Source of the DNA: Pseudomonadota bacterium
GTDB taxonomy: Bacteria; Bdellovibrionota_B; Oligoflexia; Silvanigrellales; Silvanigrellaceae
Direction of reading: 5' to 3'
Assembly (NCBI GenBank): GCA_039799905.1
Contig: JBDLRP010000045.1
Location: 32,564-96,563, forward strand
Length of the DNA stretch: 64,000 bases
Each line of letters opens with the position of its first letter. The stretch's first letter is position 1. The notes below the pieces were generated by a model. It was not told the origin of the DNA, did not search any database, and saw nothing but the letters and a program-made list of their open reading frames with translations. Below are positions 1 through 9,631 of the stretch, in pieces. The position numbers and the translations under genes were made by a program.

Positions 1-145
1 TGCGCGGGACGTCCTGTTGCGCAGGGTTGAACATTGAAGCGTTATGCTGCGGCAAGAGCCGATCTAGTCCGGCTGTGATGGCCTGCGCATCGGACGCTTT
101 GTCACGGGCCAATATTCTGGCCGGCTTCCTGGGCCCCTGACTCAT
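1..145 (-). CDS. 5' part of a hypothetical protein running off the window edge (MSQGPRKPARILARDKASDAQAITAGLDRLLP...)
   Basis: Own translation: ATG at 145 with GAGGAG SD upstream; frame open to base 1; divergent from the Crp-like gene. Confidence 0.5.
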   Translation of the reverse strand, partial: MSQGPRKPARILARDKASDAQAITAGLDRLLPQHNASMFNPAQQDVPR

Positions 146-246
146 CAACTTGTCTCCTCTAAGTGTCAAAGTCTTTTCAGGTTCTTCCGCCTGCTTCAGC
201 GTGTATCGGATGGTTCCGTGTAAAACTGAGAGCGGGGAGGGTTTTT

Positions 247-1248
247 GTGGCCGGGCAAGTCCGAATTCTAAAAGAGGGTGAAATTCTTTTTCGCAGCGGA
301 GAGCGGGCGGATTCCATGTATATCGTCCGCCGCGGGTCCCTGAAAGTTTATTTTCTGAAGGGAAACGAGGAGGTTCAGCTCGCGCTTTTGAACGATGGCT
401 CCATCGTCGGCGAAATGGCCTTCTTTGATCAGAAGCCGCGAAGTGCGCATGTCAAAGCGCTGACTCAAACTGAAATTACGGAAATCACCCGGGCAGATTT
501 CGACAAGCTGCTGACGCAAATCCCAAAGTGGCTGGTCACGATGCTGCAAAGCCTGAGCGGCCGCTTGCGTACGACGAACGAAAAGCTGGCGGCACTGGAA
601 AAATCACAAGAGGGTGCATCACAAGGCTCCGTGAGTGACTACCCCTTCGTGCCTCTCGTCCGCACGCTGCGTATTTTGCAACTTGTGATTCCGCAGCTGG
701 GACAGAAAGACGGCACAAATATCGTTGTTGATTACCAGTCGGCACTTGAATGGTGGATGAGTCTGACCGGCTGGTCGCGCGATTATTTTTCGCAGTTCAT
801 AAACGTTTTGGAAAAGCAGGGGCTGCTTGGCAAAAAAGCCGAAGAGGGCAAAGCGCCGCGGCTCGTCATTTCTGCACGCGCTCGTCTTCAGCTGTTCAGC
901 GACTTTGTCATTGCAGTTCAGTCGCGCGCGACTTTCGAGTCGGCAGAGGCTTTCGGATTGCACTGGGTTTCCCTGCTCGAGGCAGCACTCGCCGAGGCTG
1001 CTTCATCGGGATATGAAACCTACAACGTTGCCATCTCAACAATTCCGGCAAGCGCCTCGGGAGTTCCTGCGGACATCAAAGTGCGCCTTCAGACGGCTGA
1101 ATGGCTTGCACAGTGGCTGCAGCTTAAAATGACAAAATCAAATGTGGAGATTCTTCTCCGCCTGTCGCCCAAGGAACATAAGAACTTGCCCGTGCTGCTG
1201 CGCATGCTGCATGTTTTTTTGAGCGAGAGACTGGATAGAATTGGCTGA
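247..1248 (+). CDS. Cyclic nucleotide-binding domain protein (Crp/Fnr-like)
   Basis: cNMP-binding signature (GE-x-LF...MYIV..G...GEMAFFD..PRSA). GTG at 247 with GGGGAGG SD is preferred over the track start at 163. Confidence 0.85.
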   Translation: MAGQVRILKEGEILFRSGERADSMYIVRRGSLKVYFLKGNEEVQLALLNDGSIVGEMAFFDQKPRSAHVKALTQTEITEITRADFDKLLTQIPKWLVTMLQSLSGRLRTTNEKLAALEKSQEGASQGSVSDYPFVPLVRTLRILQLVIPQLGQKDGTNIVVDYQSALEWWMSLTGWSRDYFSQFINVLEKQGLLGKKAEEGKAPRLVISARARLQLFSDFVIAVQSRATFESAEAFGLHWVSLLEAALAEAASSGYETYNVAISTIPASASGVPADIKVRLQTAEWLAQWLQLKMTKSNVEILLRLSPKEHKNLPVLLRMLHVFLSERLDRIG

Positions 1249-1284
1249 ATATTCGGGCTGCGTCTATTGGGCGTGCCAGTCCGC

Positions 1285-4200
1285 TCACCAGAACTGATCA
1301 AATTTAATTTGCGTGAACAATTGCCAGAGCGGTACATCCAGCCCCTGTCCATAAAGGATTGCCGGATTGAGCTGGTATCCTTTGACGTCGATTTTAAGGC
1401 GCAGTGAGGCGGTCAGGGTGGTGATGCTCGCAGTCTTGCGGAGCATGAAATCATTGGATGCCCCGCCGCGGCTCAGAACAATCTCGCCATCAAGCTTTTC
1501 CAGGTATGCAAGTGCGATACGCGTGTCCAGCTGGTTCACAAGAGGAAAAGTATAGCTGAGGCTATTTCTGTATTGAGAGCGTCCAAGCAGATTGTAGTTG
1601 AGCAAACCGTTGCCTGCGATGGCAGTGCTGATGTCCTGCAGGCCGTCGTTTGCGCCGATGATGTAAGTTTTGAACGGACGGAAAAACTCACGCGCATTGA
1701 GTGGAGAGCCACCTCCGGTGGCCGAAAATGTGTTTCGCATCGTCAGTGAATGCTGCCGAAATGAAGCTGAGTTCGAAAGTTCAACCGAGTAGTTCTGGAA
1801 CGACACGGGGCCGAGCAGAGAGTCGTCACCGGCCTTCGCTGTGCCGATGCTGTGCGTTGAATCAACCCCCATTCTGATGTCGCCGGCAAAAACAAGTTTT
1901 CGCTTGGAGAGGTCGGAGACGGGCTTGTCAAAAATAACTTTCTTCCATGTGTCAAAAGACAGCGAGCCGCCCACAGTCCCGAGCAAAGCTTTCTGTGCAC
2001 CCAGATTGGGTGAACCCAAGGCGTTGCCGCGTGAAGAGGGTTCGATGGTAAAAAGTCTGGCGTGAATATCCGAGAGGCCGTCGAGGGCGAGGATCTTGCG
2101 GTTCCATTGCAAGTCGCTGCCAGCTTCGCGCAGATACAGCTGACAGACGTACGTCTTTGGGTCACCCTTGAACTTGCATCCGGTGAGGCCATTGAAGCGC
2201 GGCCTCATGAAGAAGTTGCTCTTCCAACCGTCAAACAACCGGTTGCCGATGAGGTTCGCCTCGAGTGCGATTCGGTCGATCTGGTCAATTCCAGCTTCGG
2301 AATAATAATTACCAAAAAGTTGAATGTAGAAGCGTTCAAGTTCATCGACGATGGGCCGTGAGAAAAAACCAAAGGTCCACTCACCTGCAAGGATGGGTGG
2401 AAGAAAGTTGGGGTAGGTCATCCAATGCCGGTAGCGGTAGGGCGCCGGAATGACGATAGTCGAATTGGCATCCGCGTCTGCATCGTTGAGATCTTCGGCC
2501 GCGCCGTTTTCAGAGGGTGTATTCTGCTTTTTTTCTTCTTCTATTCCGCGGGAAACATCGGGAAGTTTGGGAAGGTATTGCGGTGCAGGAACCTCAACCG
2601 TAGGAACGGTGTCATTCATGCCTCCTTCGTCTGATTCCGATTCGTTTTCGATTTGTGCAACTCTGAGCGGGCCGTTGCTGGTCGGCGAAATCTGAGTGCG
2701 TAACGTCAGTTCCTTGGGTTTATAGGTTCCCGCAGATTTTCTAATCGCATCGGCATAGCGGGCAAACGGAGGAAGGTAGGGGATGTATTTTGGCGGCACC
2801 CACCATTTTGAAGTCTCGGGGCGCGTGATGATCCAGCTCAGGTGGGTTTTCTTGAGTTCCTTAAGTCCAGCCTGCCAGAGCTCAGTATTTCCGTTGTTGT
2901 AAACGCGCAGCATGATGGTTTCAGGCAGATGTGCCGGTTCGATGCTTGTCACATAGTCCGGCAGACCAGTGACGAGCTCAATTCTGTTTTTATTCCAATG
3001 AACGAGAGCCTGAACGTCATTCCAGCCGGTCAGGAGGATGAAGTCATCGGGTGCGAGCATGATGGCGTCGCGAATGTAGAGCTGACCTTCCGGTATGACG
3101 ATTTGTGGCGATTGTCCGTGACACATCCTCTGCACAGACGTGAGCTCTTCGCCGGCATCGACAACCACGTGCGCGCACAGAGAAGATTCACTTTCGGCAT
3201 GCGCATGATGCGGACGCACCAACTCAACCCGGTGCGGTGCACGCCATTGTCCGAGCAGTGTGTGCTGGCGCAGCTTGTTGTTCAACAGATAAACTTTCGA
3301 TTCTGTGTTCAGGTTTGTGATTGCGGCAGCATGTTCCGGCGCGAGCGGAACGATGCGCGACACCTGCGGCGGTTTGTTCACGTCGCCAATTGGAAAGTCG
3401 GTTCGGCCAAGTGCATCGCTGTCCTTGAGGGTATCAAGGCGACCGTTGAAGGCCTGGTAGGAGATGAGCTGTCCTGTGGTGCGATTGCTTGCCTTGACCT
3501 CTGATGTTGTCCAGAAACCACCGTCCGTCCACTCCTTGGGATGAAGGTAGATTCTGTCATCGTACTTGAATTCAAGTGGCAGCATCGCACTCTGAACGGA
3601 CTCTTCTTTGCTTTCGTCTTTGTATTTATACACGACAAGACCGCCTTGTTGGCTGTCGGTCGAAAAGTCGGCATGGATGATGGTTTTAGCGTCAGAAACA
3701 AAATTGAATCGGCTGAAGTTTGAAAAAATTTTTGAAATTCCTGGTGCCTCTTTGAGTCTTGGCATGCCCTCCAGATCTGCCTGAACTTCTTTGACGAGAT
3801 CTTTTTTGAATGATTCATACAGGTCCCCCGGCCACTCACCCGTCAGTCCGCGGACGACAAAATAGGCACCTGTAAAAAATGGTGGAATGAGTTGCTTCCA
3901 CGTCAGTTCAGAATGGAGCTCGCGCAGATTTTTGTGCTCGGTTCGCTCAAAGAAGTATTTGAAAAAACGGCCTGACAACGCATAACCGCGTGCGGCTGTA
4001 TCTCCGGATGCCTTGTAGAGTGCATGCAGCCTGTCCCAGCTCAGGAAATTTCCGTTCAGGGCCATCGATCTGAGCAGTGCATTGGTTTGTATCCTGCCGA
4101 GTGATTCTGTCAGATACTCAGGCAAACCTTCTGTCCACCATGAAGGCAACATGGCGAGCATGAATGTGCGTCCTGCCGGTCCGACGTTGAGGTCCATGTG

Positions 4201-4668
4201 CTCATACATGACACGGTGCGCGAGCTCGTGCTGAAAAAGCGCTGCCGATGGTAATTCGCTGGATTGGATTTCGAGCGATTGGGAAATGAAATTGGCAAAC
4301 GATGGCCCGTCGGAGCGAGCACTAATGACCACAGGGATTTTTTCGAAATTCGAACTCAGCACTTGTTTGGGCTGCAGCTCGGGCGGTTTGGGCTGACCCT
4401 TCAGAGTTGCGCCCAGTAGCAGAGTAAAGTCTGGATACGCTCTTTCGACCGCTTTCAGCGCGTATTGTGCAAGTGCCTTTTGGGAGGAGTCGTAATAGAT
4501 GATGAAGCGGTCGTTTTCCAATCTTCCCCACTGCACATCGGCCTGAGTACCGCTGGGTTGAAGCAGAATGTTGGTTGGTACGGCATGCGCCTGCCGCGAG
4601 CGCTGCAGGACTGCCAGCAAAACGCTGCAAAAAGCCACTCGAAGTTTTTTTGTGTGCCTGAATTTCAT
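1285..4668 (-). CDS. Large exported protein: gluzincin-type peptidase motif, probable beta-propeller, probable C-terminal outer-membrane beta-barrel
   Basis: Signal peptide ending AHA; HELAH plus downstream WWTEGLPEY; C-terminal region rich in amphipathic strands and ending in FW; ATGA overlap with the kdsB stop. Confidence 0.65.
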   Translation of the reverse strand: MKFRHTKKLRVAFCSVLLAVLQRSRQAHAVPTNILLQPSGTQADVQWGRLENDRFIIYYDSSQKALAQYALKAVERAYPDFTLLLGATLKGQPKPPELQPKQVLSSNFEKIPVVISARSDGPSFANFISQSLEIQSSELPSAALFQHELAHRVMYEHMDLNVGPAGRTFMLAMLPSWWTEGLPEYLTESLGRIQTNALLRSMALNGNFLSWDRLHALYKASGDTAARGYALSGRFFKYFFERTEHKNLRELHSELTWKQLIPPFFTGAYFVVRGLTGEWPGDLYESFKKDLVKEVQADLEGMPRLKEAPGISKIFSNFSRFNFVSDAKTIIHADFSTDSQQGGLVVYKYKDESKEESVQSAMLPLEFKYDDRIYLHPKEWTDGGFWTTSEVKASNRTTGQLISYQAFNGRLDTLKDSDALGRTDFPIGDVNKPPQVSRIVPLAPEHAAAITNLNTESKVYLLNNKLRQHTLLGQWRAPHRVELVRPHHAHAESESSLCAHVVVDAGEELTSVQRMCHGQSPQIVIPEGQLYIRDAIMLAPDDFILLTGWNDVQALVHWNKNRIELVTGLPDYVTSIEPAHLPETIMLRVYNNGNTELWQAGLKELKKTHLSWIITRPETSKWWVPPKYIPYLPPFARYADAIRKSAGTYKPKELTLRTQISPTSNGPLRVAQIENESESDEGGMNDTVPTVEVPAPQYLPKLPDVSRGIEEEKKQNTPSENGAAEDLNDADADANSTIVIPAPYRYRHWMTYPNFLPPILAGEWTFGFFSRPIVDELERFYIQLFGNYYSEAGIDQIDRIALEANLIGNRLFDGWKSNFFMRPRFNGLTGCKFKGDPKTYVCQLYLREAGSDLQWNRKILALDGLSDIHARLFTIEPSSRGNALGSPNLGAQKALLGTVGGSLSFDTWKKVIFDKPVSDLSKRKLVFAGDIRMGVDSTHSIGTAKAGDDSLLGPVSFQNYSVELSNSASFRQHSLTMRNTFSATGGGSPLNAREFFRPFKTYIIGANDGLQDISTAIAGNGLLNYNLLGRSQYRNSLSYTFPLVNQLDTRIALAYLEKLDGEIVLSRGGASNDFMLRKTASITTLTASLRLKIDVKGYQLNPAILYGQGLDVPLWQLFTQIKFDQFW

Positions 4669-5561
4669 CGTTGCTGTCCTTGCAAGTTGAAGCGCTTTTC
4701 TGCCCTGAGAAGGTCATCCGGAGTGTCGATTCCAAATGGCGCCTCGTGAGCTTGTACAACTCGGATCGACCATCCGTTTTCAATTGCCCTGAGTTGCTCA
4801 AGTCCCTCTGTCAGCTCCAGCTTGGAAGGGGCCATACTGGTAAATTGCTCGAGTGCCGCAAAGCGGAAGGCATAGACTCCGACGTGCTGCAGAAATGGAA
4901 TTGAGTTTATTGTCTGTACCTTTTTTTGAAGTTCGGTGATCTGCTCCGCGGCTCCCAGCAACTCACGCGGCCATGGCAGCGGACTGCGCGAAAAATAGAT
5001 GGCGTTGCCGAATTGATTGCAGACCACTTTGACCACTGAGGTGCGCATAAAAAGGAACGGATCGGATTGCGGAAAAGCGAGTGTCCCCATCGGCAGGTTG
5101 GCATCCGCAAACATCGCACTCGCCAAAGTGAGAATATCTTGGTCATGAAAAAATGGCTCATCGCCCTGCAGATTGATGACCAATGTCGAAGGTTGCAGGC
5201 GTTTTTGATCGTCCGCGGGAAGGTTGGCAAGCGCCGCACGGATGCGATCTGTGCCGGAGGGAAGCTCGGCGGCAGTCATAACTGTGCGCACGCCGGTACC
5301 CTCGACAGCCGACGCAACTTCTTTGCTGTCGGTGGCAACCAAGGTGAGAATCTCATCGGTTTGCATGGACAGCTGACGGCCCAACTCCAGAGAGCATTCC
5401 GTGACCCTTTCGGCAACCCGCGTGACAAGCGGTTTTCCGCTCAGGAGAGCCAATGGTTTGCGCGGCAGACGCGTCGAACCTAGACGCGCAGGCACTGCAA
5501 TCACCAGTTTCAGAGGAGATCGGCGACTGTCTCCAGCAGATGCAATTGAAATCGAGTTCAT
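4665..5561 (-). CDS. kdsB: 3-deoxy-manno-octulosonate cytidylyltransferase
   Basis: PARLGSTRLPRKPL, SGTDR, NLQGDEP, YFSRSP, HVGVYAF, EGLEQLRA, GIDTPDD motifs. Confidence 0.95.
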   Translation of the reverse strand: MNSISIASAGDSRRSPLKLVIAVPARLGSTRLPRKPLALLSGKPLVTRVAERVTECSLELGRQLSMQTDEILTLVATDSKEVASAVEGTGVRTVMTAAELPSGTDRIRAALANLPADDQKRLQPSTLVINLQGDEPFFHDQDILTLASAMFADANLPMGTLAFPQSDPFLFMRTSVVKVVCNQFGNAIYFSRSPLPWPRELLGAAEQITELQKKVQTINSIPFLQHVGVYAFRFAALEQFTSMAPSKLELTEGLEQLRAIENGWSIRVVQAHEAPFGIDTPDDLLRAEKRFNLQGQQR

Positions 5562-5663
5562 TGTTTACGTCCTTGAGCGTTGTCGGAATAGTCTACCAGC
5601 TGTATTCTGTGGACCCAACAGACCTGTGCTGTTTTGTATTTGCTCAAGAGGAGGATTTCTTCG

Positions 5664-6905
5664 GTGCCAAGACCAGTCTCGGATGCTGTTGCTGATGGTC
5701 TGCCGCTTTGGGACACCTACGAGGCCCTCTTTTTTCTTCTCACCGGAATTTTCTTGGGGATTGTTCTAGGTTTTTTATTTCCTTCCGTCTGGAGATCATT
5801 CCGACGCAGATTTCGGCGGATCGACAAATACAAGCCTGATAAGCTCATGCTTGCAAGTCAGCTGAAATTTTCTGCAAAAAATCGTTTATTGGCATTGGGA
5901 AATGACGACGAAACGGATCAGCAGCCAGCAGACGTCGACCTGATCGCAATCTTTGTTGCGGCGCGCTATGCCGTTCAGGAAAACGCGCTCCGTGATGCAG
6001 CGAACCTGTATTTGCAGATCTTGGGTTCAGAGAAGGTATCGCGTGTTCAGACAAACAAAGCCATGTTCGAATTGACCCAAGTCTACAGCATGAGCGGACT
6101 TGCCGAAAAGGCCATCGAAACCGGACTCGAGCTGTTGCACCGCAAGCCTGCACAGTCAGAAGTGTTCCGTTTGTTGTTGACCCTCTGTTTCGAGCGTCCC
6201 GATTTTGCCGCGCTGATGAAAGTGCTCGAAACTTACACTGGTCCGAAGTCTGGCGAATTGGCCCGCGAGGTTTCTCACACACTGAGTGCGTTTGCCATGC
6301 AGCTGCTCAAGGCGGGAGCGCAGCAGGATGCTGTTGCACTCGCCAAAATAGCTGTGCGCTGGAGTCCCTCTTCACTCGAACCCAAGCTTGCGCTTGTCGA
6401 CGTGACAAGTGTTGTTCATCAGCTCTCCGGTGAGTATCCGGCCGATCAGCTTGTCTTGGGTTTTTGTGTCGATCTTGCCGAGCTCGTGCGTCTGTTTCGC
6501 GCCTACCCCAACTCCTCTCCGTTTTTGAATGTTGCGTTGATTCGTCTGTGGGCAGATTATTTCGATCGCCACGACGCATCTGTGGAGCAGAACCTTGACC
6601 GCCTGCGCAATGAATTTCTGACCCAGTTGAATTGGGATGCGCAAAGTCACGATGACGGCTATCGGGACGCGCTCAAATTTTTGTTGGGAGTGCTGATCCG
6701 TCAGTCGTCCGCGGGTTTGCCAGCCAGAGCTTGGCACGGGGCTGTCGGGAGATTGATTCCATTGCAGCACGAGCCTGCTGACCTTCAGACCATTTTTGTC
6801 TGTCCAGCTTGTACTGAACTGCATGGGCGATTCCGTTGGAAATGCTCGTCCTGCCAGCGCTGGGACACCCTCACTCCTTGGAAACCCATGCCGCAGACTC
6901 TCTGA
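5664..6905 (+). CDS. LapB/YciM-like protein (N-terminal TM, TPR-like helices, C-terminal rubredoxin-type zinc ribbon)
   Basis: TM segment, helical repeats, CPAC-x9-CSSC-x2-W at the C-terminus; GTG 5664 follows GAGGAGGA; divergent from kdsB. Confidence 0.65.
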   Translation: MPRPVSDAVADGLPLWDTYEALFFLLTGIFLGIVLGFLFPSVWRSFRRRFRRIDKYKPDKLMLASQLKFSAKNRLLALGNDDETDQQPADVDLIAIFVAARYAVQENALRDAANLYLQILGSEKVSRVQTNKAMFELTQVYSMSGLAEKAIETGLELLHRKPAQSEVFRLLLTLCFERPDFAALMKVLETYTGPKSGELAREVSHTLSAFAMQLLKAGAQQDAVALAKIAVRWSPSSLEPKLALVDVTSVVHQLSGEYPADQLVLGFCVDLAELVRLFRAYPNSSPFLNVALIRLWADYFDRHDASVEQNLDRLRNEFLTQLNWDAQSHDDGYRDALKFLLGVLIRQSSAGLPARAWHGAVGRLIPLQHEPADLQTIFVCPACTELHGRFRWKCSSCQRWDTLTPWKPMPQTL

Positions 6906-7015
6906 CGGGGCCCTTCGTGGACGTCCGGCCAGTCAGTAGCCAAAGCACTTTTTTATTTGAATGTCCTGAAGCTTTGACGTACGACCCGCCGGTCAGCGCT
7001 GGGAGGCGCAATAAA

Positions 7016-8392
7016 ATGTCGACCCGAATCGGGACTTTATCCAGAGCCATAGCTATCGATGCACTCAACCACGTCCTGACCCGCAGGCAGCATGCGGACG
7101 TTGTGCTGGAACGTTTGTTTGCCCATCACGCATCCGAGCTGCGAGCGCTCGACCGCGCGTTCATTTTTGAAATCGTCTACGGTTCGCTGCGCTGGCTTGC
7201 CAAGATGGATTGGATCATGTCGCATATGGTCGACCGTCCGTTTGCCAGTTTGGATCCGCGTGTCGCCTGCGCGCTGAGAGTCGGGGCATATCAAATTTTT
7301 TACATGGATCGCGTGCCCGATCGTGCGGCTGTTTCTGAAACGGTCGAAGCGATTAAAAAAGTGGGTGCTGGCAATGCGGCATCTTTCGTCAATGCCATTT
7401 TGCGTAGAGTGGCCCGCAAGGCAGAGTACTATCCCAAGCCCGATCGCGAGTCGGATACGGCACGTTATTTGTCTGTGCAGTTTTCTCATCCGCAGTGGAT
7501 GGTCGAGCGCTGGCTGAGGCACATTCCAATCGAAAGACTCGAGCATTTGTTGGCTGGAAACAACAAAGCGCCACCCATCGTTCTGCGCCGGTTGTTAAAA
7601 AAGCCGCTGCCGAATGATGAGGACTTGGCGTCGTACCTTCTTCGCACCCAAGGGATTCAAAGCGAGTGGTTGCCGCTCAAAACAGCTCTCAAAGTTGAAC
7701 GGCTGCCTGATTTTTCTGCCTGTGAGGCATTCCGTGCGGGATGCTACATTGTTCAGGATGCCGCTGCTCAACTTGCCGTGCGGTTGGTAAGCACGGGAGG
7801 CGTGCAGGGTTCTGTGCTTGATGCATGTTCCGCTCCGGGCGGAAAATCCATCGCCCTCTGGGATCAGGGAGTTGATGCCGACAACTTGGTACTCGCTGAA
7901 AGCAGTCAAAAACGAATCGGCCTATTGCGCGAAAATCTCGGACGAATCTGCATCACTCCCGCGGAGGTACTGCAGGGCGACGTACTGTCTGCCGTCAGTG
8001 GTCGTACTTTTGCGACCGTCTTGTTGGACGCTCCATGCTCGGCAATGGGCGTTGTGCGTCGGCACCCCGAAATTAAATGGCACCGTGCTCCGCAAGACGT
8101 CGAACATTGTGCAGCTGAACAACGTCGCCTGCTTGACGGTCTGGCTGGTGCAGTGCGCGAGGGTGGTGAGCTCGTATATATTGTCTGTAGCGTCGAGATC
8201 GAAGAGACCTCAAAGCAAATTGGCGAATTCCTCGACCGTCATCCAGAGTTTGAGTTGTCTTCGTTGGAGCAGCGTGTTCATGAGTACTACAGAAAGTACG
8301 TCATTCGTGAAAAAGAGTTGCTCATTCTTCCGGGCAACGCTGATGATCTCGATGGCTTTTACGCCGTCGTTCTCCGCCGGCGCAACGCCTGA
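7016..8392 (+). CDS. rsmB: 16S rRNA m5C967 methyltransferase (NusB-like domain plus Fmu/Sun domain)
   Basis: FVNAILR, SHPQW, YIVQD, LDACSAPGGKS, LLDAPCS, RRHPEIKW, YIVCS, DGFY; ATG 7016 after GGGAGG. Confidence 0.92.
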   Translation: MSTRIGTLSRAIAIDALNHVLTRRQHADVVLERLFAHHASELRALDRAFIFEIVYGSLRWLAKMDWIMSHMVDRPFASLDPRVACALRVGAYQIFYMDRVPDRAAVSETVEAIKKVGAGNAASFVNAILRRVARKAEYYPKPDRESDTARYLSVQFSHPQWMVERWLRHIPIERLEHLLAGNNKAPPIVLRRLLKKPLPNDEDLASYLLRTQGIQSEWLPLKTALKVERLPDFSACEAFRAGCYIVQDAAAQLAVRLVSTGGVQGSVLDACSAPGGKSIALWDQGVDADNLVLAESSQKRIGLLRENLGRICITPAEVLQGDVLSAVSGRTFATVLLDAPCSAMGVVRRHPEIKWHRAPQDVEHCAAEQRRLLDGLAGAVREGGELVYIVCSVEIEETSKQIGEFLDRHPEFELSSLEQRVHEYYRKYVIREKELLILPGNADDLDGFYAVVLRRRNA

Positions 8393-8873
8393 GCGGACGA
8401 CGCAACCCGAGCGCGCCGCACTTTCAGCTTCGCAAGACACGCTTTTCCCATCTTATCTTGTTTTTCGAGATGCCCTGAATGCCCAAATACTTTCTGGGCA
8501 GAGCAGGGTTTGCATTTTGAGCGATGTTTTTGAAGATCGTGAAATCGGATTGATGGTTTACGGTGCGTCCCGGCGTGCCCTGACAACCGCCGTTCGCATG
8601 AATCCACGTTCGGGACTGCTCACTGGACGGCTGGCGCGTTTGGCCGATGAGCTGCGAAACTTGGGTGTCTCTATCTCAGAATTGCCTTTGAAACCGCTTA
8701 AGATTGCCACTCCGACATTGGTCGCTGTCGACCGTAGGGCATGGTCGATTGACGCCCCTCTCAGCGAGACGCACCGGGGGGCAGTTGCCGTAGAACCTGC
8801 AGCTTGGACTGCTGGTGAGGTATGTCAGTGGGCACAAGATCCTCAGTCCGCCAAAGCCGCGACAGTCCGTTAA
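8280..8873 (+). CDS. Putative exported protein with a degenerate phospholipase-D-like fold (no HKD motif)
   Basis: 3' part of track ORF 7818..8873 fills the gap after rsmB; signal-like N-terminus from ATG 8280 (alternatives 8343, 8352); resemblance to the PLD N-terminal half by eye. Confidence 0.45.
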   Translation: MSTTESTSFVKKSCSFFRATLMISMAFTPSFSAGATPERTTQPERAALSASQDTLFPSYLVFRDALNAQILSGQSRVCILSDVFEDREIGLMVYGASRRALTTAVRMNPRSGLLTGRLARLADELRNLGVSISELPLKPLKIATPTLVAVDRRAWSIDAPLSETHRGAVAVEPAAWTAGEVCQWAQDPQSAKAATVR

Positions 8874-8935
8874 CCCCTGTTCACCTCCGCTTTTGATAAC
8901 CTTTCTCCGTGAGGGCGAATTTTCCGGAGAAACGA

Positions 8936-9571
8936 ATGTCGATCAAACTCAAAGCTGATTTTTCGTGGTCACGCCTGCTTATTTTATTGGGTGCCGTGTT
9001 TTTTGTGGGATGCATGCCGGTCAGGTGCGGCAAGCGTGAAGATGTTGCTGCAGAGGAGCAGCTGCGCAACTACATCGACCTCGCGGTCAACATCACGCGC
9101 ATGGATCAGCGTGAGGAGTTGGAAAGCTACACGACCGGCGAGTTCCGTGATCAGCTGACCTCCTCATCGGTTGAGTCCTTCAAGAGGTCATACCTCGAGC
9201 GGCGCTATGAATTTGAGGTGTTCGAAGTCACCAACAAAACCGAGGTCGAGGCTGGTCGTGAAGTGCAGCTCGAGTACAGGGTCAAATTCAAGAGCTGGCT
9301 GACGGGTGAAGACAAGGCGCGCGCGCCTGTTCAGGAAGTCAGCAGTGTTGCAATTATGAAGTACACCAATGGGCATTGGGCAATTGCCTCGATTAAGCCG
9401 CTCAATAGCGAGTACAATTGGGATGTCGGACTTCCGCTTGAAGGTATTTCAACTCAGGGCGTGAACGAAAACTCCCCCGTCGTTGACCCGTATGCGGAGT
9501 CAGAAAACTCCGAGACTCCTGCAAACCAGCCAGTTGACGCAACCGCACCGGTCCCGGCGCAACAGCAATGA
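8936..9571 (+). CDS. Hypothetical lipoprotein or membrane-anchored protein
   Basis: Hydrophobic stretch LLILLGAVFFVG-C (lipobox-like); ATG 8936 after GGAG. Confidence 0.7.
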   Translation: MSIKLKADFSWSRLLILLGAVFFVGCMPVRCGKREDVAAEEQLRNYIDLAVNITRMDQREELESYTTGEFRDQLTSSSVESFKRSYLERRYEFEVFEVTNKTEVEAGREVQLEYRVKFKSWLTGEDKARAPVQEVSSVAIMKYTNGHWAIASIKPLNSEYNWDVGLPLEGISTQGVNENSPVVDPYAESENSETPANQPVDATAPVPAQQQ

Positions 9572-9631
9572 GTTTGAAGCAAAAGAGTTTTTCTTGGGCA
9601 CGAAGACAGCAGGTTCTGAAGGGAGTCCGAC

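Noticed and set aside
1..145. ParB identity for the edge ORF (AITAGLDRLL resembles LGRGLDALL)
   Set aside because: Only 48 codons are visible and the match is too short.
9596..9611. Possible sigma54 box GGGCACGAAGACAGCA before the REC-PilZ gene
   Set aside because: Spacing fits but the -12 element is poor and the predicted start would fall inside the SD.
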